From positions 256,001 to 320,000 of the forward strand of contig CAVVHS010000007.1 in NCBI GenBank assembly GCA_963748215.1: a DNA stretch of 64,000 nt. Reading direction: 5' to 3'. Made by a program: the position numbers and the translations under genes. Origin of the DNA: an uncultured Gammaproteobacteria bacterium (GTDB lineage Bacteria > Pseudomonadota > Gammaproteobacteria > UBA9214). Each line of letters begins with the position of its first letter. Position 1 is the stretch's first letter. Shown piece by piece: positions 8,867 through 19,081 of the stretch. The notes beneath the pieces are model-generated. The model ran no database searches, was not told the origin of the DNA, and was given only the letters and a program-made list of their open reading frames with translations.

Positions 8867-10010
8867 TTACTTCATCTCGATGGCGAATTGCCTGCGAAAG
8901 GTGCTGTACAGCTCGAGACGCGCGTCGGGTGTGGCGCTGGTGTACAGCAGGTGGCCGATATCCTGCCCGGCGCTTTCCCGCTTGCCGATAGTGTCCCCGG
9001 GCTGGATCCTGAGGCGGAATTCACGCGTGGCGGGGTGCTGCCTGAGCAGGTCATCGCCGCGGATCGCCGCGACCTGCCCGGCGCCGGGATGAAAAATTTC
9101 CACGCAGCTGTAGGCAGTGACGCCACCGGGGAAGTCGAAGTGCTCGCCCAGTTCCATGGCGAGTTGCGCGTCCCAGGGATTGAACGCGTACGCATATTGC
9201 ATGGCATTCATGATGTAGCCGCCCGGCGGGCGCAGGGCGATTTCGCCGAACAGGGGTCCATGATCGGTGAGGTAGACCTCGAGATGGGTGATGCCCCAGT
9301 CGATTTTCAATGCCTCGATGACGCGCCGGTTGAGTGCCTGCAGCGATTCCAGCAGGGCCGTGTCGAATGCCGAGGGGACGAAATTCACATGGCCTTTTTC
9401 AAGGTAGCGCGTGGTGTTGACGAAATGGACCTGGCTGTCGTTGACGAAGGATTCGATGCTCGCCTCGGGCGCGGACACGTAGCGCTCCAGGATGTTACGC
9501 CCGTCCTGCCGCAGGACCAGGTCCTGTTCCCGTTGAACCAGCTCCAGGCCGCGCCCGCCGGAGGATTTTCTGCGCTTGCGGACCAGCGGCGTACCGAGGC
9601 GTGCGAAGGCCTCTGCCGCTGACCGTGCGGAGGTTTCGGCCATGAAATCGGTCATCGGGATGTCGAAGCCGGACAGGTATTCTTTCATCGCCAGCTTGTC
9701 GCGGCAGCGCAGCGCGGTGGTGGTGGCCGAGCGTCGTGCGCCGAGTACCCGGCGTGCCACGGCGGCCGGGTAGACGGCCGCCTCGGTGCCGGCGATCACG
9801 TGCGTGTAGGGCGTGGCGCCGAATGATGCGCCGATGATTTGTCTGAGCTTGGCGGTCGTATTCCACAGCGGTGCCGTGACAAGCTGCCCGGCGTCCGCAA
9901 CTGGAAAAGCCGGCTTTTTCCCGCCACACCGCAAACGGGATGCCTCTGCGGCGCAATGCCTCTATGATTCCGCGGCGCGGACCAATGACCAGTACGCAGT
10001 AGTGACTCAA
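8867..10010 (-). pseudogene. ATP-grasp domain protein, +1 frameshift in an A5 run near 9917
   Basis: RCRDKLAMKEYL, SSGGRG, THLEVY..FGEIALRPPG; the N-terminus from TTG 10010 (GGAG upstream) joins the body only if one A is removed from GAAAAAGCC. Confidence 0.8.
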
Positions 10011-10124
10011 CCCCGGGCTCCCTGTTTACAAACCGGATCTCGTTTAAAGGATGCAGTGTGCATGTTTCCGTGCAGGCAGATTGATATGGCGGGTCAATAG
10101 CAAACAGGGTGTCGATTTATTTCA

Positions 10125-10234
10125 GGAATCTCTGATTAATTCGTCATGCCGGCGAAGGCCGGCATCCAGGTCATTGAAAAATCTGGATCCCGGCATGCGC
10201 CGGGATGACAATGAGTGAATTAATCAGAGGTTCC
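10125..10234. mobile_element. 110-bp MITE, copy 2
   Basis: GGAATCTCTGATTAATTC ... GAATTAATCAGAGGTTCC; core closely similar to copy 1. Confidence 0.8.
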
Positions 10235-10306
10235 TTTATTTATTTTGTCCGCGTGATGTACAGGGGATGCGCTGCCGTGGCAATGACTGGAACGGGTGAA
10301 TCGTTG

Positions 10307-11239
10307 TCACTCGGCGCGCGCAATACGTGTTACGCGGTCCCGTTCCAGTTCCAGTTCGGCCAGCACGCCGCGGTGGTCGGACACGGTGTCAGGCAGTACC
10401 TGGTAAGAGCGGAATACAATCCCCGGTGAGACCAGTATCCAGTCGAGCCGCTCGCCCAGGGCGGGAAAGGTATCGAGGTCCATGGCGTCCGGGCGGTAGG
10501 CGGTGAGCGCAAGTGCCTGGCAGATGTGCGCGACGGTGGAGTGCTCCTGCCAGCCATTGTTGAAGTCGCCCGTGACGATCAGCGGGCGCTGCCTGTCGCG
10601 CAGGGTTTCGATCAGCGCCTGGGCCTGTTGCCTGCGGGTCACTTCGCTGGCGAAGTCGAGGTGCAGCGAGACAATATCGACCTCGACATCGGGATGCCCC
10701 GGCCAGCGTGCCGTCGATACCACGAAACCCTTGGGCACCGGCGACAGTGCCGGATCGAAGGTGATGGCCCGCGGGTCCGTGAGGTCGAGATTCGCCACCA
10801 GGGCCGTGCCGTAGGTGAGCCCCAGTCCGTCCGCATGCATACCGTGTACCGAGTGGCTGAATGCGCCGTTGCGGGCGAGATAGTCGATGTGGTTGAAATT
10901 TCCGCTCCAGAACGAGGGGCCATCCGCTTCCTGCAGGGCGACCACCTGGGCGCCGCTGTTCCTGAGCAGGGTGGCGATACTGTCCAGGTTGGCCAGGGTA
11001 GTGGACGAGCCCTGCAGCAGCTGGTGGAAGCTGTCGCCGCGTCCATGCGCGATGTTGAGCGTCATGATCCGGATCGTGTCGTCATTCCTGCTGGCGACCG
11101 GGGCGAGCGCGCCGGGCGCGGCCAGGTAGGACTGGACCGGTGGCGTGGCATCGAGCCGTGCGGTGGCGCAGCCTGCCAGGACCAGGCAGGCAAGCGGCAG
11201 GCCACGGGCCAGCGAGCGCACGCGTTCCGGCAGGCGCAT
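10307..11239 (-). CDS. endonuclease/exonuclease/phosphatase (EEP) family lipoprotein
   Basis: lipobox LAGC; MTLNIAHG, ALQEAD, GDFN, LDWI, SDH motifs. Confidence 0.9.
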   Translation of the reverse strand: MRLPERVRSLARGLPLACLVLAGCATARLDATPPVQSYLAAPGALAPVASRNDDTIRIMTLNIAHGRGDSFHQLLQGSSTTLANLDSIATLLRNSGAQVVALQEADGPSFWSGNFNHIDYLARNGAFSHSVHGMHADGLGLTYGTALVANLDLTDPRAITFDPALSPVPKGFVVSTARWPGHPDVEVDIVSLHLDFASEVTRRQQAQALIETLRDRQRPLIVTGDFNNGWQEHSTVAHICQALALTAYRPDAMDLDTFPALGERLDWILVSPGIVFRSYQVLPDTVSDHRGVLAELELERDRVTRIARAE

Positions 11240-11628
11240 CACGGGCGGCGTTCCCGGTAGGCGGCGAGTTCGACCCGGAGCCAGTCACCGGTCGGGACCA
11301 CGTGACCCTGGCCGTCGATGACCAGGTAGGGTTTGCCGCTTAACAGGCTTTTGGTCGCGCACAGCGCGATGAAGTCCTCGGGTGTCGCGATGTCGTCCCG
11401 GAAATGGCGGTATTTTTTCAGCATGTGTTCGGCGGCCTGCTTCGGCGTGTACTCGCTGGCGTTGCGCACGAAGGTCAGGTCGGAGCCCGAGACATAGCTG
11501 ATCAGGTGCTGGACCGTCTGCTCGACCTGCGTGCCCGGTGCGCTCCCGGCCGGGCCGGTCACCAGCAGCAGGCACAGCGCCAGTGCGATCAGGGCGGCGA
11601 ATGCCGGGTGTGGGTGGTGTGCTTGCAT
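11239..11628 (-). CDS. DUF5329 (YfeK-like) exported protein
   Basis: FVRNASEY..AAEHMLKKY..TPEDFIALCATKSLLSGKPY; stop overlaps the EEP start (TGATG). Confidence 0.85.
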   Translation of the reverse strand: MQAHHPHPAFAALIALALCLLLVTGPAGSAPGTQVEQTVQHLISYVSGSDLTFVRNASEYTPKQAAEHMLKKYRHFRDDIATPEDFIALCATKSLLSGKPYLVIDGQGHVVPTGDWLRVELAAYRERRP

Positions 11629-11826
11629 CGCGTTGTTTCCGTGTCTCTTGTCGGGTGGATGACCCTTCGAGCGGCATGCCTGCCTTCCTGCATCAATCCG
11701 AGTATGGGCAGGCTTGATATGACAGCATACCGGGGTTTGCGTGAAGCAGATTCTAGCGATCGGCGGAGAGCGAAGGAAGAGGTCTGATCGTTTTTTCCTC
11801 CTGGCAGGGCGGGATTTGCGCTGCCG

Positions 11827-12312
11827 TCACTGCGGGGTCGTGTCGCCGACCAGGGTGTAGCCGCTGACCTCGGTGATGACCGGCCTGCCGTTTTCCAGGG
11901 TATAGATGGTGTATTCGCGGAACCGGCTGGTCATTTCCGCGCCGTCCAGGACGACGTGCTCGATGACGGTCGAGTAGGATTCACCGCTCAGGCCGTCGGG
12001 CATGATATGAATCTCGGTGTCGAAGCGCTGATAGTCGTACGCCCCGATGTTCACCCAGCCCGCGTCGATCAGCTCCAGGTATTGGTCCTTGTCGATCCTG
12101 ACCTTCGCCATCCATTTCTTGTACTGAAACTCGATGACCTTTTTGAACGTGTCACTCAGGTACAGCCCGATGCCCGCGGTATCGCAGTCCATCGCGGCCG
12201 CATCGGTGGCATCGATCACCTGCTGGATCTGTTCCTCGGTTATCCGGTCAGCCGCCTGGGCCGGGAGTGACAGCAATGCAGCCAGCACGGTGCCTGTTAA
12301 CTGTTGGTTCAT
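11827..12312 (-). CDS. exported hypothetical protein, possibly NTF2/SnoaL-like fold
   Basis: signal peptide ending AQA; GGGAGA upstream; helix-then-strands pattern. Confidence 0.7.
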   Translation of the reverse strand: MNQQLTGTVLAALLSLPAQAADRITEEQIQQVIDATDAAAMDCDTAGIGLYLSDTFKKVIEFQYKKWMAKVRIDKDQYLELIDAGWVNIGAYDYQRFDTEIHIMPDGLSGESYSTVIEHVVLDGAEMTSRFREYTIYTLENGRPVITEVSGYTLVGDTTPQ

Positions 12313-12514
12313 ATTATTGTTCTCCCGTGCCGGCCTGGCGCACGGGGGATGTCATGTGCAGCACAGGTCATTACGTTCAGGGTCAATTAGATCACCCGGC
12401 GCTCTCCCGTGATATTGGACAAAGGTGCGTGGTGAGGCAGGGTATAACGCGAAAAAATACTAAATATCAGATAAATAGCGTGGATTGTTCGCGTATTCTC
12501 CTCTGGAGGGCTCG

Positions 12515-12816
12515 ATGCTGGGCAAGAAGATCGTGTGCCGCAAGGTGACGGTGACAGGGACAGTGCCAGCAGCAAGTTGCCCGACTCCCTGTCGGCCTCC
12601 TATGGCGGCATGGCATGCATGCTTGACCGGACGACCTTCAGCAAGGATGGCAATGTAATACTGGTCGTGGATGACGAGAGTCAACCCGGTACCTACCGCA
12701 TGTCGGGGGACCAGGTGGAGGTGACCGTGAAGGGCGATTCCATCAAGTTCACGCTTAACGGCAATGACCTGGTAACGACCATTGAAGGTCAGCGGACCAT
12801 CTGCTCGAAACTCTGA
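12515..12816 (+). pseudogene. probable truncated exported/lipoprotein gene
   Basis: GGAGG and ATG at 12515 (MLGKKIV) are out of frame with a well-formed beta-rich body GDGDRDSASSKLPD...TICSKL*; no hydrophobic signal core. Confidence 0.45.
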
Positions 12817-12838
12817 AGGCGGACGGCAGGGGAAAGGC

Positions 12839-13036
12839 ATCGCTCGCGCATGCCCGCGCTCCTGCACCCGAATAGCTGCACCTGCAGGAGCGGATTCCAT
12901 CCGCGATCTTTTCGAAAAAAACCTAGCGCTTGAGAAGCGCTCCTACAATGATGTTCGATCACGAACGCACGCGCAGGAGCGGACCGCGTCCCCGATCTTT
13001 TCGAAAAGACCTCGCGTTTGCGAAGCGTGCCTACAA
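12839..13036. repeat. cluster of about five GTAG-family REP-like palindromes (BIME-like)
   Basis: TGCAGGAGCGGATTCCATCCGCGAT, GCGCTTGAGAAGCGCTCCTACA, GCAGGAGCGGACC, GCGAAGCGTGCCTACA in alternating orientation. Confidence 0.7.
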
Positions 13037-13699
13037 CCCCGACGCCAGGCGGTGGGCGTGACGCGTGGTTTCGGGCAGGCGGTAGCGGGTGGTGCAGCGC
13101 AGGGTGTAATCGATCGCCGTCGCCAGGTTCACGCGATGGCCGATCGATACATACACCGGGCTGACACGGGTGCGTGTGCGCAGGACGGCACCGATTGTTT
13201 CGCCCCTGTCCACCAGTGGCACCCATCGGCCCTTGTCGGGCGGCACCGCGTCATGGCTGCCGATCAGGCGCGACTTGGCCACCCCGATGCAGGGAATATC
13301 CGTCAGCACGCCCAGGTGGCAGGCCAGGCCGAAGCGGCGCGGGTGGGCCAGGCCCTGGCCATCGCACAGGATGAGGTCGGGCGGGGTTACGAGACGGTCC
13401 AGTGCCTCCAGTACCGCGGGCAACTCGCGAAACGACAGGTAGCCGGGGACGTAGGGAAAGCGGGTCGGGCAGCGGCTGATGGCTTGTGCAAGCGGTTCCA
13501 GCCCGGGAAAGGCGAGTACGACGACTGCGGCGCGGGTGGTCTTGCCCTGGTCCTCGAAGCCGACATCGACACCGGCCACGCTGTGGACCGGTCCGAGCCG
13601 GTCCTCGCGCAGCACCTGTCCGCGCAGCGCCTCCTGGATGGCGCGGGCCGATGCGACGTCGCCGGGCCATTCGATATCACGGCTTGCTTCACGGTGCAT
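13031..13699 (-). CDS. nfi: endonuclease V (deoxyribonuclease V)
   Basis: [55 protein letters not shown]. Confidence 0.96.
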   Translation of the reverse strand: MHREASRDIEWPGDVASARAIQEALRGQVLREDRLGPVHSVAGVDVGFEDQGKTTRAAVVVLAFPGLEPLAQAISRCPTRFPYVPGYLSFRELPAVLEALDRLVTPPDLILCDGQGLAHPRRFGLACHLGVLTDIPCIGVAKSRLIGSHDAVPPDKGRWVPLVDRGETIGAVLRTRTRVSPVYVSIGHRVNLATAIDYTLRCTTRYRLPETTRHAHRLASGL

Positions 13700-13864
13700 G
13701 GTGCCATTGTAAGCGGGAACGCCGCTACGGGCGCGAAACGTGATCCATGAACCCCTGTTTCGCATGCAGCCGTGCAGGCTCGCGAGAATCCGCTCTCGCG
13801 CAGATTCGCAGGGGTAGTCATGTGAAAACCATTTCGCGAAAATGACGCCAGGGCACAAAGCCAG

Positions 13865-14029
13865 GGAAGCTCTGATTGATCCGTCATTCCGGGCGAACCC
13901 CGGACTTGATTCGGGGGGAGACGCGCAATCCAGGCGTTACAATTCAGGCCGTTACCGGATTCCTGCCCCTGCCTTCGCAGGGGCAGGCTCTGCGCCGGAA
14001 TGACGAGCATTGAACTAATCTGAGCTTCC
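13865..14029. mobile_element. MITE copy 3 (165 bp, expanded core)
   Basis: GGAAGCTCTGATT ... AATCTGAGCTTCC followed by CTAA; GTCATTCCGG...CCGGAATGAC core with extra internal hairpins. Confidence 0.7.
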
Positions 14030-14460
14030 CTAATATTGTCGCAGGGGGAACGAGATGGCAGGCCGGATCAACCGCGCAGCACTGTGTGTATTTCATGCCA
14101 TGCAAAGACCGCGCTTGTGAAACGCTCCTGCCTGATCAGGTGATCTGCGGTACAGGCCGTGTCCGCGATCTGATATGTTTGGCGGGGGCGCCGCGCATCG
14201 AGACTGCATCCCTGTCCCGCGCTGAGGCGCAGAGCATAAATCCGGGCGTGATGCGGTGAGCTTGCGAACCGCATCGGTCTGCTTGTGCCATTGCTGCCGG
14301 TGGCGGGTACCGGGGGACGGATGCGGTCCGCGAATGACGCGATGACCGCACCCGCGGGCACATCGGCAGTACCCTGGAATTGGCAAAAGCCGGATAATAC
14401 GGGCATGGTCTCCCTCTTCACCTGGAACGATCGGACACGCATGCAACTGAATTCGCTGTG

Positions 14461-15165
14461 ATGAAACCTATTCGCTGCTTTCGACATGTCGTGTGCGAGC
14501 CGCCCGGTTACCTCGGCACGCTGCTGGAGGCGCGCGGTTACCCGTTCGAGGTGGTGTGCCTCGACCAGGGGGTGGACGTGCCGTCCGACCTCGACACGGT
14601 GGCCGGACTGGTGTTCATGGGTGGCGCAGGCAACGTCTGTGAACCCACCAACTGGATGCAGCAGGAACTCGACCTGATCGCTCGCGCGGTGGAGCGGGGC
14701 ATCCCGATGCTGGGCATTTGCCTGGGAGCGCAGCTCATCGGCAGGGTGCTGGGTGGCAGTGTCATGCCCAATGCCACGCTGGAAATCGGCTGGCACCCGG
14801 TGGAGCAAATAGCGGATTCATCCGCGTCCGGGTGGTTCGCCGGGCTGCCGCCGCGCTTCGAGGTGTTCCAGTGGCATGCGCATACCTTCACCATTCCGCC
14901 CGGCGCCGTCGCGCTGCTGCGCGGCCGGTGTGCCGAACACCAGGCATTTGCGCTGGGTAATATCCTGGCCGTACAGTTTCATGTCGAGATCATGCCGCAC
15001 TCCATCGAGGGACTGACGCAGCGTTTCAGCAGTGACATCGAACAGCTCTCGGACTGCGTGCAGGGCGCGGACGTCATCACCGCCGACCTGGAGGCGCGTA
15101 CGCACCGCCTGCACCGGATCGCGGATGTCGTGTTCGGACGCTGGTTGCAGACGGTCTACGCCTGA
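14461..15165 (+). CDS. type 1 glutamine amidotransferase
   Basis: LGICLGAQL nucleophile elbow, FQWH, QFHVE. Confidence 0.92.
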   Translation: MKPIRCFRHVVCEPPGYLGTLLEARGYPFEVVCLDQGVDVPSDLDTVAGLVFMGGAGNVCEPTNWMQQELDLIARAVERGIPMLGICLGAQLIGRVLGGSVMPNATLEIGWHPVEQIADSSASGWFAGLPPRFEVFQWHAHTFTIPPGAVALLRGRCAEHQAFALGNILAVQFHVEIMPHSIEGLTQRFSSDIEQLSDCVQGADVITADLEARTHRLHRIADVVFGRWLQTVYA

Positions 15166-15171
15166 CAGTCG

Positions 15172-15870
15172 GTGGCAAACCCGATCCTGTGCTATCGTGA
15201 TTTCCTGTGCATGCTCTGCATGTACTGCGTGATGACAGGAGCGCCGATGGCCGGATCGCGTGACACCATTCAACTGCCGGAACCGGTGCATGAGGCTGAC
15301 CGGCCGCTGGAGGAACTGTTGCGGCAGCGCCGTTCGGTGCGTGATTACCAGGCCGCGGCGCTGCAGTTGTCCGATATCGGCCAGTTGCTGTGGGCGGCGC
15401 AGGGCATTACCCATCCGGCGGGTCTGCGCACGGCACCCTCGGCCGGCGCGCTCTACCCGCTGGAAGTCTACCTCGTCGCCGGTGCTGTGAACGGACTGGC
15501 GGCCGGCGTGTATCACTACCAGGCCAACGGTCATCGGCTGACCCGCTTGCAGGACGGTGACCGGCGCATCGTGCTGGCGCAGGCCGCCCATGGGCAAGAC
15601 TGGGTCAGAGACGCCGCGGCCGTGGTGGTGTTTGCGGCGGTGTACCAGCGCACCACGCGTAAATACGGCGAGCGGGGTGTGCGCTACGTCCACATCGAGA
15701 CAGGCCACGCGGCACAGAACCTTTTCCTGCAGGCGCAGGCGCTGGGACTGGCATCGGTGGTCGTCGGCGCCTTTGGCGATGATGCGGTGGCGCGCGTATT
15801 GCAGTTGCCGGCCGATGTGCAGCCGCTGGTACTCATGCCGGTCGGGCCGGCGGGGCCGGCGGCCCGTTGA
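15172..15870 (+). CDS. SagB/ThcOx family nitroreductase-like protein (single domain)
   Basis: RRSVRDY, LLWAAQG, RTAPSAGALYPLE, ETGHAAQN; start uncertain. Confidence 0.9.
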   Translation: MANPILCYRDFLCMLCMYCVMTGAPMAGSRDTIQLPEPVHEADRPLEELLRQRRSVRDYQAAALQLSDIGQLLWAAQGITHPAGLRTAPSAGALYPLEVYLVAGAVNGLAAGVYHYQANGHRLTRLQDGDRRIVLAQAAHGQDWVRDAAAVVVFAAVYQRTTRKYGERGVRYVHIETGHAAQNLFLQAQALGLASVVVGAFGDDAVARVLQLPADVQPLVLMPVGPAGPAAR

Positions 15871-15969
15871 GCCCGGGAACCGCACTGCGCGCCGGTCGTT
15901 TTCAAACCGGCGGTCTTTCATAGACTGCCCGGATCGACTATCCCATCCACTCATCACAAAGGTGAACAC

Positions 15970-16470
15970 ATGTCTGTGAAAACTACGCAATACCAGAGAC
16001 CCGGCGCACGCGCACTGATTCTCGCCCTCGCACTGCTGGTGCTGCTGGGCGCCGGTTGCTCCGAGAAGGAGACCACGGCGCCCGAGGAAGCGGTGCCGGC
16101 AGGGGAAGCCACCCAGCCGATGGTGGCACCGGAGGCCGCACCGCCCGCCGCGGCCCCTGAACCTGCCGCCACCGCCCCGGCTGTCGAAGAACCGGCCGCA
16201 GATGCACCGGCCGAGACCCAGGCCGCCGCCGTGGACGGGGAGCAGATCTACAAGTCATCCTGCCAGGTCTGCCACGCGGCCGGGGTCGCGGGTGCACCGA
16301 AAGCGGGTGACAAGGCGGCCTGGGCACCGCGCATCGCCAAGGGTAATGATGCCCTGCTTTCCTCGGTCATGAATGGACTCAACGCCATGCCGCCGAAAGG
16401 TGCCTGCATGACCTGCAGCGATGACGAGCTGCGCGCCGCGTTGCAGTACCTGGTCGATCAGGGCTCCTGA
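15970..16470 (+). CDS. cytochrome c5 family lipoprotein
   Basis: lipobox GAGC, Ala/Pro/Glu linker, CQVCH, AMPPKG, c5-type CMTC. Confidence 0.92.
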   Translation: MSVKTTQYQRPGARALILALALLVLLGAGCSEKETTAPEEAVPAGEATQPMVAPEAAPPAAAPEPAATAPAVEEPAADAPAETQAAAVDGEQIYKSSCQVCHAAGVAGAPKAGDKAAWAPRIAKGNDALLSSVMNGLNAMPPKGACMTCSDDELRAALQYLVDQGS

Positions 16471-16519
16471 GCGTTACCCCGGAGACGGCGAGTTGCCGTC
16501 TCCGGGCCATCAACAGCAG

Positions 16520-16573
16520 AACAGGGGACAGACCACGTTTTCCCGATCGGGAAAACGTGGTCTGTCCCCTGTT
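16520..16573. repeat. perfect 54-bp palindrome (GGGGACAGACC family) between convergent genes
   Basis: AACAGGGGACAGACCACGTTTTCCCGA|TCGGGAAAACGTGGTCTGTCCCCTGTT. Confidence 0.9.
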
Positions 16574-16590
16574 TATTTGGAAAAGCGTGA

Positions 16591-17778
16591 TTAACGGATA
16601 ACGCCCAGTTCCCGGCCGACTGCGGTGAAGGCCACCAGCGCCCGGTCCAGGTGGGCTCGGGTGTGGGCCGCGGAGACCTGGGTGCGGATGCGTGCCTGGC
16701 CTTCGGGCACCACGGGATAGAAAAACCCGATCACGTAGATACCGTGTTCCAGCAGGCGCGCCGCCATCTGCTGGGCCAGCGGTGCCTCGTACAGCATGAT
16801 CGGCACGATCGGATGGTCGCCCGGCCTGATGTCGAAGCCGGCGCTGCCCAGTTGTTCCCTGAAGTACTGCGTGTTGGCTCGCAGGCGATCGCGCAGATCG
16901 TCGGACCGGGTGAGCAGGTCGAGCGACCGGATGCCGGCCGCTGCCAGGGCCGGTGTCAGGGTGTTGGAGAACAGGTAGGGGCGGGAGCGCTGGCGCAGCA
17001 GGTCCACGACCGGCTGCGCGGCGGCGGTAAACCCGCCGGAGCCGCCGCCCAGGGCCTTGCCCAGGGTGGAGGTGGTGATATCGATGCGCTCCATCACCCC
17101 GCACTGTTCCGCCGTACCGCGGCCACCGGGGCCGACGAACCCGGTCGCGTGCGAGTCGTCGACCATGACCAGGGCATCGTACTGCCTGGCCAGGGCCGTG
17201 ATATCGGCCAGCCGGGCCATGTCGCCGTCCATGCTGAACACGCCGTCGGTCGCAATCAGCCGGGTGCGCGCGCCGGCGGTGGCCTTGAGTTGTGCCTCGA
17301 GGTTGTCCATGTCGCTGTGGCGGTAGCGCAGGCGTGCCGCCTTGCACAGGCGGATACCGTCAATGATGGAGGCGTGGTTGAGCTGGTCGCTGATGACGGC
17401 ATCCTCCTCGCCCAGCAGCGTTTCGAACAGGCCCGTGTTGGCATCGAAGCAGGAAGTGTAGAGGATGGCGTCGTCGGTGTGCAGGAAACTGGCGAGCGTC
17501 CGCTCCAGCTGCTTGTGCAAGTCCTGCGTGCCGCAGATGAAGCGCACCGAGGCCATGCCGAAGCCGTGAGTCCGGAGCGCGTCGATCGCTGCCTGCACCA
17601 GCTCGGGATGGTTGGCGAGACCGAGGTAATTGTTGGCGCAGAAGTTCAATACTTCGCCGGCCTCGCGGGTCGCGATCTCGACGCCCTGCGGCGTGGTGAT
17701 GACGCGCTCGCGCTTGTACAGACCCTGTTGCTCGATCGCTTGCAGTTCGGTCAGGAATCGACTGGACGGTTTTGTCAT
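16591..17778 (-). CDS. kbl: glycine C-acetyltransferase (2-amino-3-ketobutyrate CoA ligase)
   Basis: [46 protein letters not shown]. Confidence 0.97.
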   Translation of the reverse strand: MTKPSSRFLTELQAIEQQGLYKRERVITTPQGVEIATREAGEVLNFCANNYLGLANHPELVQAAIDALRTHGFGMASVRFICGTQDLHKQLERTLASFLHTDDAILYTSCFDANTGLFETLLGEEDAVISDQLNHASIIDGIRLCKAARLRYRHSDMDNLEAQLKATAGARTRLIATDGVFSMDGDMARLADITALARQYDALVMVDDSHATGFVGPGGRGTAEQCGVMERIDITTSTLGKALGGGSGGFTAAAQPVVDLLRQRSRPYLFSNTLTPALAAAGIRSLDLLTRSDDLRDRLRANTQYFREQLGSAGFDIRPGDHPIVPIMLYEAPLAQQMAARLLEHGIYVIGFFYPVVPEGQARIRTQVSAAHTRAHLDRALVAFTAVGRELGVIR

Positions 17779-18857
17779 TCGAGGGGGCTCTCCGTGACAT
17801 CCTGACTTGTTCCGGGTCCGTGGCGCCAGTCCAGCAATACCTTGCCGCACTCGCCGGAATGGACCACGTCGAAGGCCTGGTGGTAGTCAGCCACCGGGAA
17901 CACGTGCGTGATCACCGGTGCGATGTCCAGGCCGCTGCGTAGCAACTGCGTCATCTTGTACCAGGTTTCGAACATCTCGCGTCCGTAGATGCCTTTCAGG
18001 TGCAGGCCCTTGAAAATGACATCATCCCAGTTGATTTGGGTGGTCGGCGGCAGAAAGCCCAGCAGGCCGATGTGCCCGCCGTGATACATGTGCGTGATCA
18101 TGTCGTTGAAGGCCTGCGCGTTGCCGGACATCTCCAGGCCAACATCGAAGCCGTTGGACATCTTCAGCTCGCGCACCATGTCATCGAGTGTGCTGCGGCC
18201 GACATGCACGCGGCGGCAAGTGGTGACTTTTTCCGCCAGTGCCAGGCGGTAGTCGTTGACATCGGTAATGACCACATGCCGGGCGCCGACGAAGCGGCAG
18301 ATCGCTGCGGCCATGATGCCGATCGGCCCGGCGCCGGTGACCAGCACGTCCTCGCCGATCAGGTCGAAGGACAGTGCGGTGTGCACGGCGTTGCCGAGCG
18401 GGTCCATGATGGCGGCAATGGTAGGAGGGATATCCGGGTGCACCTTCCACACGTTGGCGGCGGGCACGGCCAGGTATTCCGCGAAGGCGCCGTCACGACC
18501 GCCACCGATGCCGACGGCGAGGTGGCACAGGTGCCGTTTTCCGGCGCGGCAATTGCGGCACAGGCCGCAGGTGATGTGTCCCTCGGCGGTGACCCGGTCG
18601 CCGACGGCAATGCCGCTGACACCGGGGCCAATGGCGACAATTTCACCTACGAATTCATGGCCGATGATGCGCGGCACCTGGATGTGGCGCTGTGCCCAGC
18701 CATCCCAGTTGTAGATGTGCAGGTCGGTGCCGCAGATGCCGGTCATGTGAACCCGGATCAGGACCTCGTTGGTCGCCGGGCTGGGCACGGGCACCGATGC
18801 CAGCCAGATGCCGGCCTCTGCGCGGTTCTTGACCAGGGCCTTCATGGTGGTTTGCAT
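17775..18857 (-). CDS. tdh: L-threonine 3-dehydrogenase
   Basis: [16 protein letters not shown], structural Zn [22 protein letters not shown]; 4-nt overlap with kbl. Confidence 0.97.
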   Translation of the reverse strand: MQTTMKALVKNRAEAGIWLASVPVPSPATNEVLIRVHMTGICGTDLHIYNWDGWAQRHIQVPRIIGHEFVGEIVAIGPGVSGIAVGDRVTAEGHITCGLCRNCRAGKRHLCHLAVGIGGGRDGAFAEYLAVPAANVWKVHPDIPPTIAAIMDPLGNAVHTALSFDLIGEDVLVTGAGPIGIMAAAICRFVGARHVVITDVNDYRLALAEKVTTCRRVHVGRSTLDDMVRELKMSNGFDVGLEMSGNAQAFNDMITHMYHGGHIGLLGFLPPTTQINWDDVIFKGLHLKGIYGREMFETWYKMTQLLRSGLDIAPVITHVFPVADYHQAFDVVHSGECGKVLLDWRHGPGTSQDVTESPLE

Positions 18858-18950
18858 GGCCGTATGTGCGACTGGAAAAATTGTGACGGTCACCGATTAT
18901 TCCACATCACACCCGCGCTGGCTTGCCCGGGGTGCCCGAATCTGTCAGGG

Positions 18951-19038
18951 AATTTGGGGGGAGAGACCGCGTTTTCAATAACATCTCCAGGCAATACATC
19001 AAGGTGAACAACGGAAAAAACATGTCTGTCCCCAATTT
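18951..19038. repeat. GGGGACAGACC-family inverted repeat with spacer
   Basis: AATTTGGGGGGAGAGACCGCGTTTT ... AAAACATGTCTGTCCCCAATTT; arms related to 16520-16573. Confidence 0.65.
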
Positions 19039-19081
19039 CGTGGCGTATCCTGCGGCTGATGGATACCCTGCGCGATCGTAA

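Noticed and set aside
14030-14460. 430-bp gap that might hold an ncRNA or small gene
   Set aside because: No recognisable RNA motif, RBS-led ORF or second copy in the window
16651-19007. Long plus-strand ORFs antisense to kbl and tdh (and similar ones at 8723, 24394, 54669)
   Set aside because: Shadow ORFs produced by high-GC codon bias on the opposite strand; no motifs or RBS
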